Shown here: piece after piece, positions 18,817-28,326 of the stretch
Layout: each line of letters starts with the position of its first letter
How positions within the stretch are numbered: position 1 is the stretch's first letter
Origin: a virus
Taxonomy: Duplodnaviria; Caudoviricetes
Strand: one strand, 5' to 3'
IMG/VR virus record: IMGVR_UViG_3300044974_001269
Location: 1 to 57,725 of that record
Length of the DNA stretch: 57,725 nucleotides
The notes under the pieces: model-generated
Seen by the model: only the letters and a program-made list of their open reading frames with translations
Told to the model about the DNA's origin: nothing
Database searches by the model: none
Position numbers and translations under genes: made by a program

Positions 18817-19413
18817 ATGTCACTATCAAGATATTTTCTAAACGAACATCGTGGAACTATGAACCACTTGAATTATTACTATTTTACAGACGCTTTCACA
18901 AAAGATGAACTGATAGAAATAAGAAGATTAGGTGATGCATTACCCAAAATGTCTGGCACTACTGTTGCCGACTATGATGAACACGTTTCAGATTACAGAA
19001 AGAGTGAGATTGCGTGGATAGGAGATAACGATGATACAAGGTGGTTATTTGAAAAAATGGCAGACCTTTGTAAGATTGCAAATAAAAATATGTGGAACTT
19101 TGATATATGGGGATATCAGGACGGTTTTCAATACACTGTTTATTACGGAGATGGTGGTCACTATGACTGGCACGCTGATTTAGGTCCGGGTATTTCAAAC
19201 AGAAAAATATCTTGTGTTCTACAACTTTCTGACCCAGGTGAGTATGAAGGTGGTGATTTACAAATGAACCCAGGAGGAAATATTTTGACAGTTCCAAAAG
19301 GTTTAGGAACCCTTTGTTTTTTTCCATCGTTTCTTCTTCACCGAGTTACCCCATTGAATGGTGGTGTTAGGAAATCTTTAGTAAATTGGTTTTGTGGTGC
19401 AAATTTCAGATAA
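18817..19413 (+). CDS. 2OG-Fe(II) oxygenase (PKHD-type)
   Basis: YDWHAD, RKIS..LQLSDP..YEGGDL, FPSFLLHRVTP...G.RKSLV.W. Confidence 0.9.
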   Translation: MSLSRYFLNEHRGTMNHLNYYYFTDAFTKDELIEIRRLGDALPKMSGTTVADYDEHVSDYRKSEIAWIGDNDDTRWLFEKMADLCKIANKNMWNFDIWGYQDGFQYTVYYGDGGHYDWHADLGPGISNRKISCVLQLSDPGEYEGGDLQMNPGGNILTVPKGLGTLCFFPSFLLHRVTPLNGGVRKSLVNWFCGANFR

Positions 19414-19867
19414 TAAAGTTCCGAGAGAAGTTATTACAATAAAAGACTTCCATAGAGTTGCTAGAGAAAATGAATTTTTCATTTGGCATTTCTTAAAAAA
19501 AAATCAATGTGCTGGTCAACATGAATTATGTTCCTATTTCGATAATTACACAGGAGGATTGAGTCAAATCACCCATACAATAAAATACATCTTCAACTCC
19601 ATAGATATTCCTTACTTTGAATCCTACACAGAGGAAAGCATGGATTTTTTACTCGATTTAGGTTTCAAAGAAAATTTCTTGTATCAAAGAAATTTCAATG
19701 ATAAGTTTTACATAACCAAAGAACAGAAATTTTCACCATTATTCATTACATTCAATCGTTTTATGATGGTTGGTTCTTCACCTCAGAAATGTTACTGCTC
19801 TGATTATTTGATAGAATTGATAATGGAACTCAATCCAAAATTCATTTTGAATTCACATTTTGACTAA
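19394..19867 (+). CDS. hypothetical protein
   Basis: ORF overlapping upstream stop. Confidence 0.65.
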   Translation: MVQISDNKVPREVITIKDFHRVARENEFFIWHFLKKNQCAGQHELCSYFDNYTGGLSQITHTIKYIFNSIDIPYFESYTEESMDFLLDLGFKENFLYQRNFNDKFYITKEQKFSPLFITFNRFMMVGSSPQKCYCSDYLIELIMELNPKFILNSHFD

Positions 19868-20460
19868 CGTTCAGTGTTGAAGAAAAACACTTGGAATAGT
19901 CTTCCGTCAAACATATCTCTTCCGAAATAATCTAGTGATACGTGGTAATTGTCGGCACGATACATAATCATTCTATTGAATACATTTCCAATTCTGTCAA
20001 CCAAGTCCCACTTGGTCATATCCTGACAGTCAAAACCTGGAGGTGCTAGCTCTTTATATCCTGGCTCATTTTCTCTTTTATAGTCATAATGCATCCATCC
20101 TGTTGCCTTGTGTCTGAAAATTCCTGTACCTGAACTTAATGGTGCATCGGGTGTTAGATAAAGAACCGCGGCCCAATCCGTTGTAGAATCGGCATGTATC
20201 CAAGACCTATCAGCGGCGACTGTGTATTGAAAAGAACCTGTATAATTATTTTCTGGGTCATCACTACCCCAATATGTGATTTCACCAGCAAAGGGGTATA
20301 GAATGTCTCTTAATCTTTTTTTCAAAGCAGGATTGAGAAACGACTTGGTTCTTTGACCAGGGTAGTTTCCACGAACTTTGAATTCTTGTTTAAGCGCAAA
20401 ATCTCTGACCTCCATTGGGTTTTCATAAAAATCATCTATAGTTAGGGAATTGAATCTCAT
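19864..20460 (-). CDS. 2OG-Fe(II) oxygenase-like protein (DUF6445-like)
   Basis: IDDFYENP..VR, GNYPGQRT, WIHAD, AAVLYL, NVFNR, RLFQVFF. Confidence 0.8.
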   Translation of the reverse strand: MRFNSLTIDDFYENPMEVRDFALKQEFKVRGNYPGQRTKSFLNPALKKRLRDILYPFAGEITYWGSDDPENNYTGSFQYTVAADRSWIHADSTTDWAAVLYLTPDAPLSSGTGIFRHKATGWMHYDYKRENEPGYKELAPPGFDCQDMTKWDLVDRIGNVFNRMIMYRADNYHVSLDYFGRDMFDGRLFQVFFFNTER

Positions 20461-20562
20461 ATCAATCTTTTTGATAAAACTAATGCAAAAATTTATGAAA
20501 TCAAATTAAAATTTTTTTGACTTTTCATACATTTTATAATATTTCTATATAAATTAATTGAA

Positions 20563-20862
20563 ATGGAAATCAAAGAGATAGTATCATATTTTTTAAATCC
20601 CGACTCCAATATGTTGGAGGTTTCTTTCAGAACTATTGAGGACAATGATGAAGTTTTGAGAACTGACAACATTGAAGGCTCGGTTATTGAAGATTATGGT
20701 TTTGATTTAGTCACCGAAAGCTTTGATTTTTTCGACGACGAATTCGAAAACGATGAAGTCGAGGAAGTAAAAATTGAACTTGATGAAGATGAACTTATAA
20801 CATTCTTGAATGAATATTATACGGTTAACCCTCATTCATTACCAGCTGCGGATTTTTATTAA
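20563..20862 (+). CDS. acidic hypothetical protein
   Basis: ORF. Confidence 0.75.
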   Translation: MEIKEIVSYFLNPDSNMLEVSFRTIEDNDEVLRTDNIEGSVIEDYGFDLVTESFDFFDDEFENDEVEEVKIELDEDELITFLNEYYTVNPHSLPAADFY

Positions 20863-21389
20863 GGACCAACTCTTGTCCAAACGAATGTAAGGACTTGTTT
20901 TTCACCAAATTTTCCTCTTGCCCAACTACCTGTACTTTGGAGTTGTAAGGTCTCAATTCCATCTTCTTCAATATGAAAAGTTAGGGTTTTGGAACCTGTT
21001 TGATTTTCATAGTCGAATTGTAAATAACCGTGATTGTACGTGGTGTTATTAAGAACTCTATAAAAGATAAAATTTGGAGATGAACCATATTCCCAAATGT
21101 CATTTCCAGACGAGCTAACACCCAAAAGATTCATTCTGAGCGTTGAGTAATCTAAGTGAATATAAAATCGATTCAAAACAATACTATCAAATGGTTTTGG
21201 TAAAGTTGGATTCAAGTAGACAGAACCTGTCCGATAAAGTGAATCTTTTGAAACGTTTTGGTCAACAGAGGTAACATCCAAAAGGGTAAGTTTATATTTT
21301 CCACTAAGTGTTAAATCTGAAATAGGTAAAGCATACCTTTCACAAGAACTTAGTAGAATAATAAGTAAAGAGAAAATTAGGTGTCTCAT
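20859..21389 (-). CDS. lipoprotein (lipocalin-like beta structure)
   Basis: LLSSC lipobox; LSGKYKL. Confidence 0.75.
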   Translation of the reverse strand: MRHLIFSLLIILLSSCERYALPISDLTLSGKYKLTLLDVTSVDQNVSKDSLYRTGSVYLNPTLPKPFDSIVLNRFYIHLDYSTLRMNLLGVSSSGNDIWEYGSSPNFIFYRVLNNTTYNHGYLQFDYENQTGSKTLTFHIEEDGIETLQLQSTGSWARGKFGEKQVLTFVWTRVGP

Positions 21390-21436
21390 TTGAAAAAAAT
21401 AAAAAAACTATTTCATTTTTCAAAATAATTATAGGT

Positions 21437-21688
21437 ATGAATCTTAATACTGATTTTCTTATAGATTTTTTTAGGAAATACACCACATCAGAAAAAAAGG
21501 AGATGGACGAACAAGATGAAGCCGGAGGAGCCGGTGGTGGAAAAGGAAATAACCCGTCAAAATGGGCAGACACAGTTGGTGGACCGACAAGAGGTGTTGC
21601 AAACAGTTTACCAAAAAAGGGACAGTATTGGGCTTCAATACACGGAGGTCCTAAAAGAGGCGTTGCAAATAAGTTAGGAACTGCTTAA
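21437..21688 (+). CDS. small protein with duplicated W..GGP.RGVAN.L motif
   Basis: two internal repeats. Confidence 0.75.
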   Translation: MNLNTDFLIDFFRKYTTSEKKEMDEQDEAGGAGGGKGNNPSKWADTVGGPTRGVANSLPKKGQYWASIHGGPKRGVANKLGTA

Positions 21689-22986
21689 TGAAAAAAAATA
21701 TCCAAAATATCAGTAAAGGAGAAAATATTTCTTTTTTGACTCAAAGAAACTACTTCGGAGAAAAAAAAAGTCTATCAAAATTATTTGAACAGGGTGGATT
21801 TGGTGGTGTTGGTACCTCACCTGAACAAGTAAAAAAAATGGAAGACAAAATTACTCAATCTGAACTAGAGAAAACTAGACAGAATAACTTGAAATCATCT
21901 TTTGATGAAAGATTTGAAATTTATGATATTCCCTATCCAAACTCACACGATAATGATAAAACGATAATTTTACCAATTAAGAGTAGGGTTTCATTTTTTG
22001 AAGGGGTTGAGGATTTGAGAAAAGTTTTTTTCAAGGGATGGGAAGGAACACAGTATGCCAATCAAATTCCAAAAGATTTCCAATTACCAAAAGTTCAACC
22101 TGGAACTTTGAGAACATTTGTCACCCCCGACGAAAAATGGTACAAATTAACCCTAGTCAGAAATGAAGATGGGTACTGGAAATTCGATTGGTTTTTTGAT
22201 GAAAACAATCAACCATTTATACAACAAAATTACTTCGATGAGGAACTTCCAAAAATATACCTTAAGGAGGAGGAAACATGGTGGGATTTATGGAGTGGGT
22301 GGACATTAACCTTGTTATCGATTGCTGCGGCAGCTTTAATTCCTGGTATGCAAGGTTTATTATTATCTGCGGCAATAGATTTAGTTGTGGCAGGTAATGC
22401 TTTAGTAGAAGGAGACGGATTGGGTGCGATAATTTCAACCCTTTTAGCTTTTGCCCCTTTCCTTTCGTATTCAGTAAAAGGGTTGGGAAGATTTTCATCT
22501 CAGGAAGTTAAAGCTGTAAGTTCAAAATTCGCAAGAGCTGAGACTGAGGCGGAAGTGAAAGCAATTTACAAAAGGTTGAGTGATAAGGAAAAAATATTAG
22601 TCAGAGGAGTGATGTCTCAAGAGCCAAAACAGTTTTTAAAACTTCTTGATGAAAACATTTGGAAAGTTTATGAAGAGGGATTGAAAAGAGGTACATGGAA
22701 TGCTAAAGATGTTGTTAATTCTGTGAACAAACTCATAAGTGAAAAAAAATTACCAATGCCTGAGCTGGCTAAATGGTGGCAAAAAAATCCAAATCTTACA
22801 AGATTTGGTATTGATTTAGGTACCACTGGTTTAATTCTTGCAGGTTCAACCCCTTTTGTACTGAAACAAGAATTAGAAAAAACTCTTTCGAAAACTAAAG
22901 AGATGATAAGCACTGGAGAAAAAAGGTCCTTGACTCCTGAAGAACTGAAAAATCTCAAAAACAACTTCTGGGAGGAAAATAATTAG
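21688..22986 (+). CDS. hypothetical protein with hydrophobic helical hairpin, possibly ejected virion protein
   Basis: long ORF, central TM-like helices. Confidence 0.8.
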   Translation: MKKNIQNISKGENISFLTQRNYFGEKKSLSKLFEQGGFGGVGTSPEQVKKMEDKITQSELEKTRQNNLKSSFDERFEIYDIPYPNSHDNDKTIILPIKSRVSFFEGVEDLRKVFFKGWEGTQYANQIPKDFQLPKVQPGTLRTFVTPDEKWYKLTLVRNEDGYWKFDWFFDENNQPFIQQNYFDEELPKIYLKEEETWWDLWSGWTLTLLSIAAAALIPGMQGLLLSAAIDLVVAGNALVEGDGLGAIISTLLAFAPFLSYSVKGLGRFSSQEVKAVSSKFARAETEAEVKAIYKRLSDKEKILVRGVMSQEPKQFLKLLDENIWKVYEEGLKRGTWNAKDVVNSVNKLISEKKLPMPELAKWWQKNPNLTRFGIDLGTTGLILAGSTPFVLKQELEKTLSKTKEMISTGEKRSLTPEELKNLKNNFWEENN

Positions 22987-23031
22987 TAAAAATAAAACTA
23001 ACAACTGACCTTATATTTATAAAGAAAAGAA

Positions 23032-24180
23032 ATGAAGAAAGTATTATTATCAGAGGTTAATAGAATTAACGAATTAATGGGATTATCTTTATTAAATGAA
23101 GCCACTGGCAACCCACTTTTGACAATAATAAAAAGACTCGGAGCGGGTTTGGAAAGAGAAATATTGGCAGTCACAGGAGAAGAACTTAGTAATCTTAGTG
23201 CTAAAGGAGTTTCGAAACTATTAGGTTCTAAAAGCACTGCGTTGAAACCATTGATTATTTCAATATATCAAGAGTTGATTCCAGGTATGACCAAGGCAAT
23301 GTTTAATGCTAAAACTTTCGATGAATTAGTTGATGAGTTAGCACTCCAAGGGGTTTCTACCAACAATATCAAAAGTTTAATGAAAAGAGCCGGTGAGGAT
23401 TGGGGTGAACCAAGGGGAGGTTTTCCTGCTAACCCAAAACTCGGGACTTCCAAAACCAAACCAAAGCCAGTTGATGGACCGAAACCTCCCAAACCTCAAG
23501 AATTGACACCTACAAGTATGGATTTGGCAACTTTGATGGCGGAAGGGGCTTCAGCAGAGCAAGCTGTAGTTTCTTGGTTTTCAAAAAGATTAAAAACTCT
23601 TAATTTACCCAAAATTCCAGCCGACCAAGTGGATGATTTTTTAACAGAGGTTGTTGCTCAAGTAAAAGCAAAAATACCTCAAATAAGCAGATTGGAAGTA
23701 GACTCAAAAAGAATTTTGCAAGAGTTTCAAACTCTACCAAGAGAACAACAAAGGGAAATTTTAATAAAAGTCCAGAAAGAAATGTATAGAGGAGGGATTT
23801 GGTCTGATTTTGCAAATTCGTTCAAATTATTTGATAACCCTAATCTTAAACTTTATGGATACAAAGAAATAATGAAAAAAACTTTGGGGTTAAACATAGC
23901 TTTAACGATTTCTACAATAATCTCTGACGTAATCAGAGCTATATATGATTTCAAAGAAGATATTAATTGGAGAGGACACTTCGGATTGAATTGGTTCCCA
24001 GCGTTGTTGGCTAAATTAAGCGTGAATTTTGTTCCCTATTTCAACGTCGCGGCTAATTTTCTTTTATTTTTAGAATCAATAATTCAAGGTTTCATAGATT
24101 ATGGACTTAGGAGTGGAAAAAAAGATGAAACAGATGGATTGGATAATCTGATGCAACAAGGAGGTTCTGGAAATAAGTAA
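23032..24180 (+). CDS. hypothetical virion-associated protein
   Basis: N-term LLSEVNRINELMG..LLNEA motif; C-term hydrophobic helices. Confidence 0.8.
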   Translation: MKKVLLSEVNRINELMGLSLLNEATGNPLLTIIKRLGAGLEREILAVTGEELSNLSAKGVSKLLGSKSTALKPLIISIYQELIPGMTKAMFNAKTFDELVDELALQGVSTNNIKSLMKRAGEDWGEPRGGFPANPKLGTSKTKPKPVDGPKPPKPQELTPTSMDLATLMAEGASAEQAVVSWFSKRLKTLNLPKIPADQVDDFLTEVVAQVKAKIPQISRLEVDSKRILQEFQTLPREQQREILIKVQKEMYRGGIWSDFANSFKLFDNPNLKLYGYKEIMKKTLGLNIALTISTIISDVIRAIYDFKEDINWRGHFGLNWFPALLAKLSVNFVPYFNVAANFLLFLESIIQGFIDYGLRSGKKDETDGLDNLMQQGGSGNK

Positions 24181-24201
24181 TAGTTCAAAATAATATGAAT
24201 T

Positions 24202-25641
24202 GTGGCAATAGACTATAACATACAAAGAAATAAACTTTACACGACTTTGTTGTCAACGGAGACAAGTAAAGGGAACCCTTTTTTAGATAAAAAGTATTCA
24301 TTTACTGATTTTTACAAAAGATTTTTTTCTGCGGACCAAGGTGTAAAAGATTTATACAATGCTTTGACCACAACAAAAAAAAAGTCAGGTGAATTTTTTT
24401 TAGACCCAAAAAAATACACTTTAGCAAATTTTTATTTTTCGTTTGGATGTGATTTGACATTTGCACCAAAGGAATTCTGTGAAGCTCAAAAATCCAAGTT
24501 TTCAGGAAATTATGTTGATGGGAAAGCCAAACTTTCAATTACAGACATATCAGGTAACTTGAGTTATATTTTAAAATCTGACAAAGATATTACAATTCCG
24601 GTCATTAATAAGAAAATCGACCCTGAAATCAAAGGAAACCTCACAAACAAAGTTGGTGATGTATACGTAGATAAAAAATCTTGGGGAGAAACTAGATTTA
24701 ATTTTATAGATGACGGTAAAGGGAATATAATTCAGATAAATGTAGAGGTTGTTGCAAGTGCAATGAATAAAGAATTGAAATTAGCATCATATAATTTCAC
24801 CAAAAATGACTCTGAGGTTAGTCCTGAGGAGGATAAAGAAAAGGAAGAAGATGGAGAGTGGACTTGGAGGGAGGTTCCAAAAGCCGCTTGGGAAGCACTC
24901 AAGAAAGCGGGTAAATGGGTTAAAGAAGAAGGTGGAAAGTTTTGGGCATATTTAAATGCTGAAGGTGAGGCAAGAGATGCTGAAGAAAATATTTGGGGTT
25001 GTATCAATAAATACAATGAAAATTGGGGTTATTATAAGTTACTTCGTGGTGGCACAGGTACTGGACCTGATTATTTTTATGAGTTTAGTACTTATAAAAT
25101 TGATGGTAAAAAAACAATATTTGTTTACTTTGAAGATGGTAAATTCGTTCTTAGAAGTTTTGATACCAACCAAAATATACCAGGACAATCTGGTAAATGG
25201 AGTTGTCTTGAAGGCGGTGGGTATAAATTAGATTATGATGATGGAAGGAAAGCTGTTTTCGGTATGAATGAAAAAGAATCGAAAATCCAATCATCATCCG
25301 ACCAAGAAGGTAATGAAAAATCAAATCAACCAATCTCCGCTTGTAAGAGCATGATTAGTTGTCCAAGTTTTGTTGATTATGTAAATAAAAACTTGGAATA
25401 TAAAGTTTGTATGAAATGTCCTGAAATACAAAATTTTCAAAATAACCCTGTTCTGAAAGTAATTTATTTTAGAAAATTGAAACAAAATAACCTTCCCGAA
25501 AGAACTGATGATATTTTTGGACCAATTATGAAATCAGCGATTGAGGAATATCAAGAAATGAATGGTATTACAAAAACCGGTACTATCAATCACAATACTT
25601 ACATTGCATTGAAAAAGGATAGTAAAGGAAGAGGTGCATAA
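24202..25641 (+). CDS. protein with C-terminal peptidoglycan-binding domain
   Basis: DDIFGPIMKSAIEEYQEMNGITKTGTI. Confidence 0.8.
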   Translation: MAIDYNIQRNKLYTTLLSTETSKGNPFLDKKYSFTDFYKRFFSADQGVKDLYNALTTTKKKSGEFFLDPKKYTLANFYFSFGCDLTFAPKEFCEAQKSKFSGNYVDGKAKLSITDISGNLSYILKSDKDITIPVINKKIDPEIKGNLTNKVGDVYVDKKSWGETRFNFIDDGKGNIIQINVEVVASAMNKELKLASYNFTKNDSEVSPEEDKEKEEDGEWTWREVPKAAWEALKKAGKWVKEEGGKFWAYLNAEGEARDAEENIWGCINKYNENWGYYKLLRGGTGTGPDYFYEFSTYKIDGKKTIFVYFEDGKFVLRSFDTNQNIPGQSGKWSCLEGGGYKLDYDDGRKAVFGMNEKESKIQSSSDQEGNEKSNQPISACKSMISCPSFVDYVNKNLEYKVCMKCPEIQNFQNNPVLKVIYFRKLKQNNLPERTDDIFGPIMKSAIEEYQEMNGITKTGTINHNTYIALKKDSKGRGA

Positions 25642-25670
25642 ATAAGATATTTATTTTATATAAAACGTTC

Positions 25671-26912
25671 ATGATGACTAAGAAAAAAAATATTTCAGAA
25701 CAAAACATTAATGACCCAAACGCGGAGTTTTTGAAAAAAGCTATGGAATTAGGTTGTTTCAGGCAATTTACCGAAGCTTTGGCTCCAAAGGGTCTTAGAA
25801 TAGACCCTACACCAATTCAAGATAAAAATGGTGAATTTGTGTTAAAAGCCATAGGAAAAAAGTCTGGTAAGACTTATTATGTACATGCAAATCCTCAAAG
25901 AATTGTGGATGAAAAAAATCCCTCAGAATTTTTTGAATGGGAATGCCCAAGTCTTGGTGATAAATCTGTTAGAGTTCAATCCGATATTGAAAGACTACGT
26001 GCAAGTAGAGAAGAACAAAGTGGTATAGATTGTGTTAACACTTTCAGAGAACTTTATGAAAATTATTTAGCTGTAAGTAAAGGTGGCGCCACATTAGATA
26101 CTACAGTTATTGATAGATTGAGAAAAAATGCTCAAGCCTGTTTGATTAAGCCCGAAGTGAAAAGAAAATTATTTCTGAGTAAAATTCCAGGTATTAATCA
26201 AAGATTTGAAAAAATATTTAATGAACTCAAATCAATTAACCCTGCTGATACAAGATTGAAATTTTTTAGATTGGTTGAAAATGAAAACATATCCAAGTTA
26301 ATAAAAAAAACATTAAAAGAATTCAAACAAGTAAAAGAAACCAAGAAAATTGAAAAGAAAATATTCGAGTCGAGAATTAACATGGTGTTTGAAGGATTTG
26401 ATAAGTTTGAAAAACTAAACCAACAAAAAAAAGTTAAAACAGGTTTCAAAACTCTAAAAGAAATTCGTGAAATTCAAAAATCTACCTTGATGACCGAGAC
26501 TTTAGGTAGTTTGTTCAAAGGTATTTACGGAAAATCTTTTGAGTCATCAATAGGTTCAATTTCTGAACCATTATTCAATATGATTTTCACAAAGATTTCT
26601 TTGGACGAGGATTTGAAAGGTAAAATCATGGATAATTTACAATCAAAAACAGAACAATTGATTGCGAGTATGGATAGTTGTTTAGATTTTTCGAAATTTT
26701 TGACCGACATCATCAGTGAAGAGTATGCAAAAAAATTGGACAATGAAAAAAAATCAGGTATGAATGTTTTACAATCTGCTTTGATGGATGCTGTTGACGA
26801 CGAAATGTTCAGGAAAAATTTACAAACAAAAATAGAATCTGAAGTTTGTAGGCTTTATGAAAAATTTACAGAAAATGCAAAAAATTTGATGGTTAGAATG
26901 AACGCACTTTAA
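25671..26912 (+). CDS. hypothetical virion-associated protein
   Basis: long ORF after ATATTTAT motif; ISE/LVE motifs. Confidence 0.8.
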   Translation: MMTKKKNISEQNINDPNAEFLKKAMELGCFRQFTEALAPKGLRIDPTPIQDKNGEFVLKAIGKKSGKTYYVHANPQRIVDEKNPSEFFEWECPSLGDKSVRVQSDIERLRASREEQSGIDCVNTFRELYENYLAVSKGGATLDTTVIDRLRKNAQACLIKPEVKRKLFLSKIPGINQRFEKIFNELKSINPADTRLKFFRLVENENISKLIKKTLKEFKQVKETKKIEKKIFESRINMVFEGFDKFEKLNQQKKVKTGFKTLKEIREIQKSTLMTETLGSLFKGIYGKSFESSIGSISEPLFNMIFTKISLDEDLKGKIMDNLQSKTEQLIASMDSCLDFSKFLTDIISEEYAKKLDNEKKSGMNVLQSALMDAVDDEMFRKNLQTKIESEVCRLYEKFTENAKNLMVRMNAL

Positions 26913-26960
26913 TCATCAATATAAAAGAAAAGAACAAAAAGGGGGTGTTCTAAAATCTAA

Positions 26961-26991
26961 AAAAAAGAAGGGTTATTTACCCTTCTTTTTT
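26961..26991. terminator. bidirectional terminator
   Basis: AAAAAAGAAGGG-TTATTTA-CCCTTCTTTTTT between convergent genes. Confidence 0.75.
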
Positions 26992-27653
26992 GTTTTAACT
27001 ACTTCATCGATTATTCCGTATTCCACAGATTCTTCTGCTGTTAACCAGAAATCTCTTGAGGCGTCTTCTGTGACTTGTTCGGACGTTTTTCCACAGAACT
27101 CACCTAACAACTCGAATAAAATTTTATTCGTTTTTTCCCACTCTATGAAGTTTATACGAGCGTCTTGAATATTTCCACCAGCACCACCTGAAGTTTGGTG
27201 TAACATGGTCTTTGAAAATCTCAAAGAAGAACGTTTACCTTTTGTTCCGGCGCCTAAAAGAACCGAACCCATAGATGCCGCCATACCTGTGTTTACTGTT
27301 CTGATATCGCATGAAATATATTGCATCACGTCAACCATAGAAAGACCTGATTTAACACTACCACCGGGTGAGTCGATATGCATAGTTATATCAGATTTAT
27401 CGGAAGAGTCCAAAAACATCAATTGTGCTTGAACAATTGTGGACATACGGTCATCAACGGGTCCCGCAACCCATAAAAGTCGGTCTCTCATCAAACGAGA
27501 GAAAATGTCCATTTGAGTAACACGTAATTCTCTTTCTTCTAAAATGTAGGGTGTCATTGAAGATTCAATCTTCAAACCTTCATAATGTAAATCGAGAGAG
27601 TTTTTACCGAGGTGTTTAACGTAGTAGTTCTGAAATTCTTTTCCAATTTCCAT
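26973..27653 (-). CDS. clpP: ATP-dependent Clp protease proteolytic subunit
   Basis: DIFSRL, DSPGGSV, AASMG (Ser), MLHQ (His), RD (Asp), YGIIDEV. Confidence 0.96.
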   Translation of the reverse strand: MEIGKEFQNYYVKHLGKNSLDLHYEGLKIESSMTPYILEERELRVTQMDIFSRLMRDRLLWVAGPVDDRMSTIVQAQLMFLDSSDKSDITMHIDSPGGSVKSGLSMVDVMQYISCDIRTVNTGMAASMGSVLLGAGTKGKRSSLRFSKTMLHQTSGGAGGNIQDARINFIEWEKTNKILFELLGEFCGKTSEQVTEDASRDFWLTAEESVEYGIIDEVVKTKKKGK

Positions 27654-27684
27654 ATTTGTGATTTTTCACAAAAATAGAAATTAT

Positions 27685-28326
27685 TTATGACAATCCCAAA
27701 ATATCATCAGCAATTTCTTGAGACGAAAGTTCGGTCCATTTTCTCGGGTGTTGATAAGACCAAAAAGTCTTCCAATTACCAAACCAAATTAAATCTTTTT
27801 TTCTGGTGTCTAAAGTTCTAAAGTCAGTGCTGTCTTTTGGAAATCTTCCGATGTTATACGTTTTATATACATCTATGTATGGAATGTTATAGTAAGTGAT
27901 AAAAGATTTATTTATGTCATCGAAAGGAGTTTCTACAATTGGAGTACAACCATGGATTCTAACATATTCTTGAACTCTTTTTACCCAAAGTTTGCATTCC
28001 TCATAACTTTCGGTTTTCAAAATAAATCGAACTAATTTACCGTAATCATTGAATCGGTGTGAAAAAATCCTGTTCATACCGTGTTCAGGAACATATTTGT
28101 ATATAAGAATTTCCCAATCACCATAAAATTCTATAGGTAGTTTGAAATATGGACAAAAAGATTTTTTGGGAGATATAGGATAAGACTCTACTGTGTATGG
28201 AGTTTCATCATTTTGAAGATACTCTTTGACTTCGACGTAGTAAGATTCGTCAGGACCTGACATTCTAACAAGAATACCTTTATCGAAATTATAAATTATA
28301 CGTTCATTATTCAGTGCTATATACAT
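27685..28326 (-). CDS. hypothetical protein resembling the N-terminal part of TibC-like heptosyltransferases
   Basis: GKLVRF...W...V.EY...HGC..IVET and QEIADDILGL pattern; no catalytic C-lobe. Confidence 0.45.
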   Translation of the reverse strand: MYIALNNERIIYNFDKGILVRMSGPDESYYVEVKEYLQNDETPYTVESYPISPKKSFCPYFKLPIEFYGDWEILIYKYVPEHGMNRIFSHRFNDYGKLVRFILKTESYEECKLWVKRVQEYVRIHGCTPIVETPFDDINKSFITYYNIPYIDVYKTYNIGRFPKDSTDFRTLDTRKKDLIWFGNWKTFWSYQHPRKWTELSSQEIADDILGLS

